Assembly: GCA_963836075.1 (NCBI GenBank)
Contig: CAWIIB010000001.1
Coordinates: forward strand, 1,184,001 to 1,248,000
Direction of reading: 5' to 3'
DNA from: an uncultured Acidobacteriota bacterium
GTDB taxonomy: Bacteria; Acidobacteriota; JAQAZP01
Length of the DNA stretch: 64,000 nucleotides
Position 1 is the first letter of the stretch, and every line of letters starts with the position of its first letter. A model generated the notes under the pieces. It ran no database searches. It worked only from the letters and a program-made list of their open reading frames with translations, and was not told where the DNA came from. A program made the position numbers and the translations under genes. This document shows positions 1 through 9,805 of the stretch, one piece after another.

Positions 1-2225
1 ATGGCATCGATGATGCCCAACGGGGATGGGTGCTCGTAGACGATTCCATTGGTCACCGTGACCGGCCGCAGCATCTCGTCGATGAACAGTTCGTAGTGGT
101 AGCCAACCTCCGCTCCGACGTCCTGCCGGCCGATCCGCACCATCAGGGCCTGTATCAGGGCGATGTCCTTCCAGGAGTCGAAGCTCCTGGTCAGGGACCT
201 CAGGCTGTTGCCTCCCAGGGCCAGGGCCTGCAGATATTTGAACCTCTTCACCTCGCGGCGGGCCAGCCGGTATCGCTCCCCGGGGGAGAGGGGCTTTCCC
301 TTCAACGTAAGGTCCACAAACACCGGTTGCTCGTCCGCTGAGCGACGGTTTTTCCTGACCTGCCGCTTCCATGCTTTGCGTTTCGCCTCGCTGCTCCAGG
401 CGTCACGATGCTCGGCACCCAGCAGGATGTGGGCCAGTTCGGTCCATACGTCATCCTCGGTGGCGGCGGCCATTCGTTCGATGTGTTCGCCGTCGAAGGA
501 GAGACGAAGGTTGAGGACGAAACGGGTGCTCAGATCCTCGTCCACCCGGGCCAGTTCATCGAGCACCGGGTGGGGTTCCCAGTCAATCACACGGGACAGG
601 AGCCCGGATGTCCGCCGGACCTGCCTGCCGCCGGCGAAGTCGTCCCGTACACTGGTCAGCAGTGTCACAGCGGTGATCCCCTCCTTGCCCCCGATTTCAA
701 GGGGATCTCCTTCCATGGCAATCAGAGTCTTTCCTTCCTGATCGAATGTATTGGACTGGGAACGAGCGAGAAATTGCAGGTGGCTTTTCTTCCTCTTCCC
801 GAAATTCTTTCGATAGTATCGGTTGCGGCTGCGGACGACTTCCAGTCTCGCCTCGCCCCCGGTGTTGACGACGTCAGTGGAGGCGGTTCGCAGATCGATT
901 TTCTTAAACCATTGAAAAAAGCGCGTGCGGTTGTAGCTGGTGCGATCTTTCCCCCGTCGTGCCTCGGTGCGCAGGACCTCCGCGCCCTCCCGCTGCACCG
1001 CCGCTTCGGCCAGCGGCCGCATTTTCACTCGAGTGCCCTCGCCCAGCAGCGCCTTGAAACAGGCCATGCCCCGTTCATCGTTGAGGTCGATACGGTAGGC
1101 GATATCGTAGGTGGGCCCCCGGGCATTGCCGTAAATCTGTTCGAAAAAGGTGTAGCCGAGCTTCAGGATGCCGAGGATGCGGACCTCCGGCCGGATCTTC
1201 AACGGGGTGAACTCGTTACCCCTGGACAGGGCGGTGCGCACCTGCACCGTCACGTGGCCATTGGCCTCCTTGACGATGGTGGTTTCGCGAAACAACCGGT
1301 AGTAGAAACTGTAGGTGGACTTTATACCGTATTTTTCCACGCCGATGGCGAGCGGTGTCAAACCGAGGAAGGTGACCTGGCGCACCAGGTCGCCGGGCCC
1401 CATCCGCGTGTCACCGGCGATGAACAGTGCCGAATCCACCGGGATTTCCAGGTCGATGAACAGGGTCATGGGGTCGGCGTAGTGCTCGAAAAAGATGGCC
1501 GACTGCTCGGTGTCCACCACCTTCCGGCCAACGCTGTCCGAGATCCAGCGGATCAACCCGGCCAGTCCCTCCACGCTGAGCCGCACCAGGCTGCGGTCAC
1601 TATCCTCCGGCCTGGCCCGTCTGATGGACTCCAGATCGCACTTCGGGTCGTCCAGGACTTCCGCCAGAGGCCTGTCACCGATCTGCAGCGGATGGTGGAT
1701 GCGGCCCAGGGTGAGGCTGGTGCCGCCTTCCACGCGCACACCGATGCCGCCCAGATCTTCGAAAAAACCGGGCACATAGTTGTAACTCATGCGGCCGCGG
1801 GAGATCAGCGTCTGCAGATCGAGGTAGCGGGACAGGTCATCGCCGGTGACCGTGCCGCCACGCGGGACTTCACGGTGCAGCGGCAGTACGCGGCGGTAGA
1901 AACTGTTGTCCCAGTCCAGTTCGACGTTGTCGGTGCTGTAGCCCAGCCCCAGGGTGATATCGCCCAGGTCGCGGTAGAGGGCGCCGCCGGCCTCCTGCTC
2001 GAAGAGTGCATCGTTGACCCGCTGCCAGAGACGCGAACTGGTGGACCCCTTGAAGCTGCCGATCCGCTCCCAGCCCTCTTCAAAAACCGTATCGCGATCG
2101 AGCTCGTCGTACACACCTTGTGCGGCGGCCGGGGACAGAACGAAGAGGAGGGTGAACAGAGTCAGAACAAGGACAGCCAGAAAGACCCTGATCCCCAATT
2201 CCAACTCATTTTTAAATTGCATCAT
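1..2225 (-). CDS. Large secreted hypothetical protein (>740 aa; 3' end lies outside the window)
   Basis: Hand translation of the minus strand from ATG at 2225 gives MMQFKNELELGIRVFLAVLVLTLFTLLFVLSPAAAQGVYDELDRD... and stays open to the window edge (...HPSPLGIIDA). Sec-type signal peptide ending AAA|Q. Missing from the ORF track because there is no stop; the + ORFs 163..741 and 408..2333 are its antisense shadows. Confidence 0.85.
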   Translation of the reverse strand, partial: MMQFKNELELGIRVFLAVLVLTLFTLLFVLSPAAAQGVYDELDRDTVFEEGWERIGSFKGSTSSRLWQRVNDALFEQEAGGALYRDLGDITLGLGYSTDNVELDWDNSFYRRVLPLHREVPRGGTVTGDDLSRYLDLQTLISRGRMSYNYVPGFFEDLGGIGVRVEGGTSLTLGRIHHPLQIGDRPLAEVLDDPKCDLESIRRARPEDSDRSLVRLSVEGLAGLIRWISDSVGRKVVDTEQSAIFFEHYADPMTLFIDLEIPVDSALFIAGDTRMGPGDLVRQVTFLGLTPLAIGVEKYGIKSTYSFYYRLFRETTIVKEANGHVTVQVRTALSRGNEFTPLKIRPEVRILGILKLGYTFFEQIYGNARGPTYDIAYRIDLNDERGMACFKALLGEGTRVKMRPLAEAAVQREGAEVLRTEARRGKDRTSYNRTRFFQWFKKIDLRTASTDVVNTGGEARLEVVRSRNRYYRKNFGKRKKSHLQFLARSQSNTFDQEGKTLIAMEGDPLEIGGKEGITAVTLLTSVRDDFAGGRQVRRTSGLLSRVIDWEPHPVLDELARVDEDLSTRFVLNLRLSFDGEHIERMAAATEDDVWTELAHILLGAEHRDAWSSEAKRKAWKRQVRKNRRSADEQPVFVDLTLKGKPLSPGERYRLARREVKRFKYLQALALGGNSLRSLTRSFDSWKDIALIQALMVRIGRQDVGAEVGYHYELFIDEMLRPVTVTNGIVYEHPSPLGIIDA

Positions 2226-2361
2226 GTGAATGTATTTCAGTCCACCGAGGCCCTGATCCCGGGTTCTTCATACTCCAGCGGGAGTGCGGTCTGGTCTAGG
2301 GAAAATGCCATTTTTCAGGATCGGTGTATCTGAAGAAGTATATGGATTGCCTGCTGTATCG

Positions 2362-3477
2362 TCAATCTTGCGCAGATGCCGAGACAGCCGCCATCGGGGT
2401 CTGGTACCCTTGTTCTTCGCCGCTGGAGGCACAGAGATGGTCCAAACGGTTTTCCGGGGCCAGACGCAGGCCGATGGCCGCGTACCGTTCACCCAGTTCC
2501 TCATCCTCCGGCGAGACCCAGAGGTTGGGGTCCAGGAGGTAGACGCTGCAATACTCCTCGAGCTTGGCGTGCATAACGCGCTCCAGGGTGGGGTTCCAGT
2601 AGGACGGATTGAGCGCCTCGTCCCAGTAGTCGTTGACATGATCGGCCCAGGTAAAGGGGCGGACGACCTCGGCACGCCCGTCCCTGAACCGGACGATTCG
2701 TGATTTTCCGGGGATGATGCCGTCCTCGAACAGGCTGCGGTAGAAGAGATACCCCTCCCAGTTGGCCACCAGGTCGGCATTGGAGTAGACCGAAGTGGTC
2801 AACCGGCCAAAAATCCAGCGCTCGTTGAACCGGCCCCGGTTGGCGATCCGCTCCTCGCTCCAGCCCTTCAGATGACTGCGAAAGTATTTGAACCCCTGGG
2901 AAAAAAAATGACCGAGCTTGTCGGTGCCGGTGAGGCTGCCGGCGAGTTTTATCGTCCGGGCGACGCCAAAGAGGAAGATGACCGGTGATGCCCTGAAGGG
3001 CGCATCGGAGTAAATGTTTTCCCGCTTCGTCTGGGGCAGTCTTTCGATGTCGGGAGACTCCATGGCCAGCCGTTCGATACGGTCGACCCAGTGAGCGCCG
3101 CCCAGCGTGCGCCACACTTCAGTGGCAAACCGCCGCCGGTCCTCGGGCCCGTCCCATTCGGAGGCGATGCGAAGGATCGCCTCGTTCACCGCATTGTCGA
3201 GAACAACGATGGAATCCGAGATGGGTACCAGCCGGTTGGAATACTGGTCACTCTCAAAGGCCCGGGACAGCGATACCGGCCAGAGCAACGCCGGGAGGAG
3301 TGCAAAAATCAGCAGCCGTGCGCACCGCCGGAACAGCGGACCCGGGCATCGGATCCGCGGCAAAGCCTCGCTGACCACCATCGACTTTCGCTGCCCCTGC
3401 ACGGACATCGATGCCACCCCATTATGTTCGGTCCCATAACGCAGCTCTCCGAAAGTCTGCCCATAAACTGATACCAT
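2362..3477 (-). CDS. Secreted hypothetical protein with a GTDKLGHFF motif (true start probably downstream of 3477)
   Basis: 371-aa ORF. Hydrophobic LLIFALLPALLWPVSLSRA|FESDQY resembles a signal peptide. DKLGHFFSQG and SNADLVAN look like conserved motifs. Same strand as the gene at 1..2225. Confidence 0.75.
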   Translation of the reverse strand: MVSVYGQTFGELRYGTEHNGVASMSVQGQRKSMVVSEALPRIRCPGPLFRRCARLLIFALLPALLWPVSLSRAFESDQYSNRLVPISDSIVVLDNAVNEAILRIASEWDGPEDRRRFATEVWRTLGGAHWVDRIERLAMESPDIERLPQTKRENIYSDAPFRASPVIFLFGVARTIKLAGSLTGTDKLGHFFSQGFKYFRSHLKGWSEERIANRGRFNERWIFGRLTTSVYSNADLVANWEGYLFYRSLFEDGIIPGKSRIVRFRDGRAEVVRPFTWADHVNDYWDEALNPSYWNPTLERVMHAKLEEYCSVYLLDPNLWVSPEDEELGERYAAIGLRLAPENRLDHLCASSGEEQGYQTPMAAVSASAQD

Positions 3478-3708
3478 AGCATATCAGTGTTCCAAGACAT
3501 TCTGTTCTCTGAAATCAATGCGGCAGAAAGCCTCACGGCGGCGCACCGGCACGTGTCACGACCTCAGTGAACGAGGACCGGACACGGAGAACTATTTACA
3601 GTGAGTTCCAGTTATTATGAAATACGCATAAAGAATGATATAAGCGACCCATCACGATTGCCGGCACGGGTGCGCCGGCCCGTCGGACCTTCTCGAGAGA
3701 GCTTGACC

Positions 3709-4668
3709 ATGCGCAGCACAACACTGGCCGTGACCGGGGCAGGGGGTTTCATCGGTACCTCGCTGGTCCGCGTGCTGGCTGGACACGGCCGGTCCGTTCG
3801 GGCCCTGCTGGGGCCTCCGGGCTCCGGCAGTGAGCCCGCACTCCAGGGGGTGGAAACATGCCGCGCCGAGATCGATGATCCCCGGGCGATGGGCAAGCTG
3901 GTGGACGGTGCCGGTGTGGTGGTTCACCTGGCTGGACTTCCCTCGGTGGCCGATTCGTTCCGGCGCCCGGCCGAACACGCGAGGGTTCATGTGGTGGGCA
4001 CGGCGACACTCCTCGAGGCGTGCCGCAATGCCGGGGTGCAGCGGTTCATCTACATCTCATCGGCGGAGGTCTACGGCCAACCGGAAGCCGATCAGGTTTC
4101 CGAATCACATCGCCTGCAGGCCCGGTCGCCATATGCCGCGGCGAAGATCTGCGCGGAGCAGTTCATCCGGGCCCATGTGAGGAGCGGTGCGGGGGAGGCC
4201 GTGGTGCTGCGACCTTTTTCGGTCTACGGTCCGGGGCAGGCGGCGGGGAGTCTTCTGGACACCATCATTTACCAGGCCGGGAGCGCAGACCGCGTGTGCC
4301 TCTTCGATCTGGGGCCCGTGCGCGACTATTGCCATGTGGGTGACGTGTGCGACGCCATTCATCGCGCCGTCTCGGCACCGATTCCGAATCCATTCAGGGT
4401 ATACAACATCGGTTCCGGCCGCGGCGTTTCGGTCAGGGAACTGGCTGAACTGACCCTGGAAGCCCTTGGCCTGACCCGCGAGATCGTCGATCAGGGTAAG
4501 CACGACCGGCCGGCCGGAGCAGATATCCGGCGGCTCGTCGCCGATCCCGGGCGGGCGGCCCGCGAACTGAACTGGCGCAGCGGCACCAGTCTCCGCCAGG
4601 GGCTTCAAGCGACCATAGGACAACTGAACCCGGCAAATCAGGACAGCGGTTCCGGAGGCACCCTATGA
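3709..4668 (+). CDS. NAD-dependent epimerase/dehydratase (extended SDR)
   Basis: TGAGGFIG Rossmann motif, HLA, SSAEVYG, YAAAK catalytic motif, RDY. Start moved to ATG 3709, just before the Rossmann strand. Confidence 0.92.
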   Translation: MRSTTLAVTGAGGFIGTSLVRVLAGHGRSVRALLGPPGSGSEPALQGVETCRAEIDDPRAMGKLVDGAGVVVHLAGLPSVADSFRRPAEHARVHVVGTATLLEACRNAGVQRFIYISSAEVYGQPEADQVSESHRLQARSPYAAAKICAEQFIRAHVRSGAGEAVVLRPFSVYGPGQAAGSLLDTIIYQAGSADRVCLFDLGPVRDYCHVGDVCDAIHRAVSAPIPNPFRVYNIGSGRGVSVRELAELTLEALGLTREIVDQGKHDRPAGADIRRLVADPGRAARELNWRSGTSLRQGLQATIGQLNPANQDSGSGGTL

Positions 4669-6839
4669 ACACTCGCATTCTGATCACCGGCGGTCAGGGT
4701 TTTATCGGCAGATACCTTGCGGCACACTGGCTCGAAGAGGATCAGCAGGCGCTGGTGATGTGCCTCGGCCGTTCAGGGCGAATGGACGACCGCTTCACCC
4801 ACCGGGTAAACCGGGGGGACATCTCCGTGCCCGCCCCGCTGCCCGCCGATTTATGCGCGGCCTTGAGCACCAACCGCTACCGCTACACCGCCCTGGACCT
4901 GCTGGACTCGCCGGCACTGAAACAGCTGAACAAGGAGTTCCGGCCCACGGTGGTCATCCATCTGGCCGGTGCCCTTCGCGATGACCCGCCGGACAGGCTC
5001 TTCCGCACCAACGTGGAAGCCACTGTTTCGCTGATCGAGTCCGTGGTGGGCTCCGGCATTTCACAACCGCTGATGATCTTCGGCTCCTCGGGCGGCGTAT
5101 ACGGAACTCCGGCGGAAGACGATCTGCCCCTCGTGGAGACGGGAACCGGCCAGCCGGTGGACCTCTATTCGGCCAGCAAGCTCGCCGCGGAACATGTTTC
5201 CCGCATTCTGTGCCAACGCTACCGGCTTCCCGCCATCTGGGCCCGGATATTCAACGTTGTGGGTCCCGGTCAGGAGGAGCGACACTTTTGCGGGCGGGTG
5301 GCGGCCCAGGCGGCGGCCATCGCCGCCGGGGTGATGAACAGCGTTCTGGAGGTTGGCACCCTGGATACAACCCGTGACTTCATCGACGTTCGGGATGTGG
5401 CCCGGGCCCTGACCTGTCTGGCGGAAAAAGGGACACCGGGCGACGTGTACAACCTCGCCAGCGGTGAGGAGACACCAATCGAGCGGGTGCTGAGGGATAC
5501 CCTGCGGCTGGCCGGTCTGGAGGGACGCGTGGACATCCGGACCCTGCCCGGCCGGCCGGCTGACATTCCCAGACATTTTGGATCGATCCAGCGGATTCGG
5601 GCCCTGGGGTATTCGCCCCGGCACCCCCTTGCAGGCAGCCTGCAGGATGTCCTCGATTACTACCGCCACGATGTCCGGTCAGCAGCCCGCCGGTCCAGTG
5701 AAGCCGGCCCCGAGGACCGCCGGTCGCTGGAGGTGTGCGTCTCAGCGAAACACACCTGTCCGGTGGCCATCGAGCCGGGGCTGATGGCTGAGCTGCCCCG
5801 GCGCCTGATCAATCGTTTTCCCTGCGCCCGTATGGTGGTGCTCACCGACACCCGGGTTGGTGGTCTCTATGCTGAGGACCTGGCGCAGCGGATGGAGTCC
5901 GCGGGGATTAACACCGGCCTGGTGATTCTGCCCGAGGGGGAGGCCTCAAAAACCTTTGAGCAGTTTCATCGCCTTATCGCCGAACTCCACGACCTCGATT
6001 TCGACCGCCGTGCCGTGCTGGTCAACGTGGGCGGCGGGGTGGTCACCGATACCGGCGGTTTCGTTGCCGCAACCTATATGCGCGGTGTGGCCTACGTCAA
6101 TGTGCCCACCACCCTGCTGGCCCAGCACGATGCGGCCGTGGGGGGCAAGGTGGCGGTGAACACGGACTGGGCCAAGAACTTTTGCGGCGCGTTCCATCAA
6201 CCGTGCGCCGTGTTCGCCGACCCGTGCGTCCTGAGCTCCCTCGAGGACCGCGAGATCTCAGCCGGTGTGGCCGAAGCGATCAAGGTCGCCATCACCGGTG
6301 AACCGGCGCTGTTCGAACTGCTGGAGCGCTCGTCCCGGAGCATCCGGGCCGAGCGTGACCCGGAGGTGCTGGCCCGAATGCTCCGGCTTGCCGTGTCCCG
6401 CAAGATCGCATTGCTCCAGCCGGATCCATACGAAGTCGATCTTCGGCGCGTGCTGAACCTCGGACACACCTTCGGGCACCCGCTGGAAACCGAACTGACC
6501 TATTGCGGGATCCGGCACGGCGAGGCCGTCGGTTTCGGCATCGCCGTGGCCACCGAGGTGGCCACGGCCCGGGGGGTGTGCGAAGGGATGGCCGCCCGCC
6601 GGATTCTCCAACTCCTGAAAACGTATGATCTCCCGCCACACGTGCCCCGTTCCCGGTTGATGGCGGCATGCCGCCGTCTGAGGGAGATCCGGCTGGTCCG
6701 CGGCGGCAAGCTGCTTTTCGTCCTTCCCACCGGGATATCCTCGGTGCAGATCGTGGATGAGGTGGGTGATGATGAAATTCTGGCGGCCATCGAACGACTG
6801 GCCGTCGATCCGCTGCTCGCCTGCTGCGTCGAGGGCTGA
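4665..6839 (+). CDS. Fusion: extended SDR (GDP-sugar reductase/epimerase-like) + sugar-phosphate cyclase (3-dehydroquinate synthase superfamily)
   Basis: N-terminal half has TGGQGFIG, YSASK, RIFNVVGPGQ, RDFIDVRDV. C-terminal half has GEASKT, GGGVVTDTGGF, RGVAYVNVPTTLLAQHDAAVGGK, AEAIK, LNLGHTFGH, RHGEAV. ATGA overlap with the upstream SDR. Confidence 0.92.
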   Translation: MNTRILITGGQGFIGRYLAAHWLEEDQQALVMCLGRSGRMDDRFTHRVNRGDISVPAPLPADLCAALSTNRYRYTALDLLDSPALKQLNKEFRPTVVIHLAGALRDDPPDRLFRTNVEATVSLIESVVGSGISQPLMIFGSSGGVYGTPAEDDLPLVETGTGQPVDLYSASKLAAEHVSRILCQRYRLPAIWARIFNVVGPGQEERHFCGRVAAQAAAIAAGVMNSVLEVGTLDTTRDFIDVRDVARALTCLAEKGTPGDVYNLASGEETPIERVLRDTLRLAGLEGRVDIRTLPGRPADIPRHFGSIQRIRALGYSPRHPLAGSLQDVLDYYRHDVRSAARRSSEAGPEDRRSLEVCVSAKHTCPVAIEPGLMAELPRRLINRFPCARMVVLTDTRVGGLYAEDLAQRMESAGINTGLVILPEGEASKTFEQFHRLIAELHDLDFDRRAVLVNVGGGVVTDTGGFVAATYMRGVAYVNVPTTLLAQHDAAVGGKVAVNTDWAKNFCGAFHQPCAVFADPCVLSSLEDREISAGVAEAIKVAITGEPALFELLERSSRSIRAERDPEVLARMLRLAVSRKIALLQPDPYEVDLRRVLNLGHTFGHPLETELTYCGIRHGEAVGFGIAVATEVATARGVCEGMAARRILQLLKTYDLPPHVPRSRLMAACRRLREIRLVRGGKLLFVLPTGISSVQIVDEVGDDEILAAIERLAVDPLLACCVEG

Positions 6840-6899
6840 CCGCTGTCCGGTTCCACCGGGCCGAACGATTTCCGAACCACTGATAACGAGGACCCCATT

Positions 6900-7463
6900 A
6901 TGGTAAAACCACCCTTCGGCACAGCAGAAGAGAAAAAATGGCAGGTCATGGATCAGAAGGCGGTCACCCGAAACCCGTGGTACAGAGTGCTGGAGAGCCG
7001 GGTGCAGATGCCCGATGGCCGCACAACCACCTACCACATCCTCGACTTTCTCAAGTCAGCGGTGGGTGTGGTGGCCCGCCGCGACAACGAGATTCTGCTC
7101 ATCCGCCAATACCGCTTCATCATCGACCAGTTCGTCTGGGCCATCCCCTCCGGCGGCAGTGAGGGGAATGAGGACCCCCGGGTGGCCGCCGAACGGGAAC
7201 TGGAGGAGGAAACCGGATACCGGGCAGAGCAATTGACGAGGATCCACAGCTACTTCCCCTCGTATGGCTGCGGGAACCAGGTGTTTCACCTGTTCCTGGC
7301 CGAGGGGATACACTCCTCGCCGCAACGGTTCGACCGCAACGAGGTGCTGGAGGTGCGCTGGTTCCCGATCCGGGAAATCAAAGAGATGATCCTCGCCGGA
7401 CATATGGTGGACGGGCTTTCCCTCACTCCGCTGCTCTTCCTCTTCGCCCGTGAGGGTTGGTAG
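6900..7463 (+). CDS. NUDIX hydrolase (ADP-sugar pyrophosphatase-like)
   Basis: LLIRQYRF...PSGGSEGNEDPRVAAERELEEETGY Nudix box; GAGG upstream of the ATG. Confidence 0.9.
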   Translation: MVKPPFGTAEEKKWQVMDQKAVTRNPWYRVLESRVQMPDGRTTTYHILDFLKSAVGVVARRDNEILLIRQYRFIIDQFVWAIPSGGSEGNEDPRVAAERELEEETGYRAEQLTRIHSYFPSYGCGNQVFHLFLAEGIHSSPQRFDRNEVLEVRWFPIREIKEMILAGHMVDGLSLTPLLFLFAREGW

Positions 7464-7481
7464 CCGGGCTGAGGGTCCTGC

Positions 7482-7955
7482 TCAGCCCGGCAGCCAGCCC
7501 TTGTCCAGAACATCCCGCAGCGCACTGCCGGTCAGGGGGTTGAGCCGCTCGAGCCGCAGGGCCTCTTCGTAGCGCACCCAACGGTTGACCCTTCCTTCAC
7601 GCTGGACCATCTCCCCATCCCACGACTCGACGATGTAAACGAAGTGGCGGTAAAAGATTCCGCTCACCGGTTCCAGGTCATCCTGGACGGCAGCGAGGAA
7701 GAACCTCCGGGGGATGATGGACAGCTCTTCCTCCATTTCCCGCAGCAGGGCGAGCTCCGGCGTCTCCCCATGCTCCACGTGGCCCCCGGGAAAATCCCAG
7801 ACGCCGGCATAGACCCTGGCGTCGTCGGGCCGCCGCTCCAGCAGCAGTTTCCCCTGCCGGGTCAGCAGCGCCCCGGCCGTGCAGCGCTGCGGCACGTGCC
7901 CGTCAACCGGTCGGATTTCAGCAGGACGATAGGTGCGGGGGCCATGATCGTTCAT
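7482..7955 (-). CDS. NUDIX hydrolase (MutT-like)
   Basis: WDFPGGHVEHGETPELALLREMEEEL Nudix box. Start moved to ATG 7955 to avoid overlap with the upstream gene. Confidence 0.88.
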   Translation of the reverse strand: MNDHGPRTYRPAEIRPVDGHVPQRCTAGALLTRQGKLLLERRPDDARVYAGVWDFPGGHVEHGETPELALLREMEEELSIIPRRFFLAAVQDDLEPVSGIFYRHFVYIVESWDGEMVQREGRVNRWVRYEEALRLERLNPLTGSALRDVLDKGWLPG

Positions 7956-7959
7956 CGGG

Positions 7960-8478
7960 TCAACCTGTCTCCTCGATATGTATCCACCTGTTTCTCCGCG
8001 CGGCGGCGTCCATGGCATCGAGATAGGCCCGGGGTTCAAAACCCACGCCGCCGAGCACTCTCCGGGCCTCGTTCACCAGGACGATCTCCGGCCGGCGGGC
8101 ATAGAACGTCCTTTCGGCGGGGGGAAAGAGTGCCATGATCTCCCGGGCGCCGTGGACCGCCAGGCCCGACGCCGCAAAAAGAGACGCCGGCCAGAAGGGC
8201 AGGACGATGACCTTCACCATCCCCGCCCCGTGACAGTGGGCCTGTTCACGCATCCGCTCCAGCAGCTCGTAGGTGTAGAGATGAAGAAAGACCTCGTCAG
8301 GTACGCGGCAACCCGCCGGACCGCCGGGCCCCGACTCCGCCAGGCGGCGGAGAGCCACGCAATACTCGCCGGTATCCGGCATCAGTGGCGCTCGCCGGTC
8401 ATCAACGCCGGGAAGCTCCGCCACCAGGCCGCCGCCGAAACCGGCATCGATCAACCGGATAAACCCGTTTGCGTTCAT
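7960..8478 (-). CDS. Hypothetical protein (172 aa) within the cluster
   Basis: ATG 8478 (MNANGFIRLID...) lies 13 nt after the upstream stop and fills the operon gap exactly. No family recognised. Confidence 0.65.
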   Translation of the reverse strand: MNANGFIRLIDAGFGGGLVAELPGVDDRRAPLMPDTGEYCVALRRLAESGPGGPAGCRVPDEVFLHLYTYELLERMREQAHCHGAGMVKVIVLPFWPASLFAASGLAVHGAREIMALFPPAERTFYARRPEIVLVNEARRVLGGVGFEPRAYLDAMDAAARRNRWIHIEETG

Positions 8479-8491
8479 TCGACCTGGTCTT

Positions 8492-9805
8492 TCATGGTGT
8501 CCCGCTCCGCAAATCCACCAGCCGGGCCGCATCCTCGATGATAATCCGCGAATTCTCCTCGAAGCTCTTCCGGCCATCCAGGACGAGGAAACCGTTCCGT
8601 CGGGCCAGGTCGAGAAAGGCGTGCCGGTATCGAGACAGCATATACGGGTTCTCGTCCACCGTTTTTTGATCCCGGGTCCCGATCCGGCGCAGAGCCTCCC
8701 CGGCCGGCAGATCCAGCAGGTAGATCCGGTGGGCTGGAGGAAACACCGCCAGCAGCTCCCTGGTGAAGGGATCGTGGTGGTAACGGCCCATACCGGCGGC
8801 ATGGTGGGTGAAGACATACCTGTCGAAAATCACCGCATCACAGGCGCCCAGCTGCTCCTCCACCGTGGAGTAATAGTATTTGACCGAATCGAAAGCCTTG
8901 GCCAAGCGCTGTATTCGCCATAGATGCAGGTTGCGTCCGCCGGCGCACTGCCGCGTCAGTTCGGTCACGGTGTCGTGGAACAGACCGTGACGGTAGATCT
9001 TCTGTACCGAGGTGCGGAACCCCCGCCCGGTGAGATATGTTTCCAGGGCTGCCACGTGGCTCGACTTCCCCGAACCGTCGATGCCGCACACGCCGATGAT
9101 CAGCGGCGTGTGCTCCGCACTGCGGCGGCCCGGCACCTCCGGTGTTCCGGGTTCAGCGGTTGGCGCTTGCACCTCGAAGCGGTCCATCAGGCATTCCTCG
9201 TGCAGATCGATGCCGGCCAGCGCATAGTTTTCCAGGGCCATGAAGAGAGGCATCCGGTCGGGATAGAGCAGCCCGACCAGTTGCCGGTACAGCTCCCGCA
9301 GCGTCGGGGGATACGAATCGCCGGGAAGTATGCCCCACCATGAGGGGAGAAGACGTGTCTCCACGGGGCCCGGCAGAGCCTGCGGATCAGCATCCTCCAC
9401 ACGCTCTGCGGACCCGGCCGGCGGCGCCGTCACGAAATAGGGGATGATGCCGCAGAGGCGGAACAGCATGTTGGGCCCCGAGAGCGCTTGCAGCGCCATG
9501 TTCAGCCGCTGTTCCAGCCCGCGACCCGGATGGAGCGGCAGCAGCGGCTGGGCAGCGGGGTCCTGGGCGCGGTCCAGCAGCCGGGAAGGGGCTTCCGGAC
9601 TGCTGAGGCTGTGGCTTTCGAACTGCCAGGCGCCGGAGGAGTCTTGCGTGACCAGCACTACCTCCCCCGACCCGGCCCGGCCGGCGGCCTCGGTGAGCAG
9701 GGATTCCAGCGGCCGAGACGAAAACCGGGCCAGTTCTGGAAACAGCCAGGCCAGTGGCCCCGGAGACGCTGTGCTGAATGTGGCGCTACCTGTTTGTTGT
9801 GTCAT
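8492..9805 (-). CDS. Unknown ~230-aa N-terminal domain fused to a thymidylate-kinase-like P-loop kinase
   Basis: IIGVCGIDGSGKSS Walker A, IFDRY motif and LDGRKS at the end, as in dTMP kinases. ATGA overlap with the upstream gene. Confidence 0.8.
   Translation of the reverse strand: MTQQTGSATFSTASPGPLAWLFPELARFSSRPLESLLTEAAGRAGSGEVVLVTQDSSGAWQFESHSLSSPEAPSRLLDRAQDPAAQPLLPLHPGRGLEQRLNMALQALSGPNMLFRLCGIIPYFVTAPPAGSAERVEDADPQALPGPVETRLLPSWWGILPGDSYPPTLRELYRQLVGLLYPDRMPLFMALENYALAGIDLHEECLMDRFEVQAPTAEPGTPEVPGRRSAEHTPLIIGVCGIDGSGKSSHVAALETYLTGRGFRTSVQKIYRHGLFHDTVTELTRQCAGGRNLHLWRIQRLAKAFDSVKYYYSTVEEQLGACDAVIFDRYVFTHHAAGMGRYHHDPFTRELLAVFPPAHRIYLLDLPAGEALRRIGTRDQKTVDENPYMLSRYRHAFLDLARRNGFLVLDGRKSFEENSRIIIEDAARLVDLRSGTP

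Noticed and set aside
408-2333. 641-aa + strand ORF
   Set aside because: Antisense shadow of the minus-strand secreted protein 1..2225; no motifs.
5740-6839. Housekeeping aroB call
   Set aside because: Fused to an SDR, lacks the terminal DKK, and no shikimate genes are adjacent; symbol withheld.
8492-9110. Housekeeping tmk call
   Set aside because: Divergent motifs, extra N-terminal domain and cluster context; symbol withheld.
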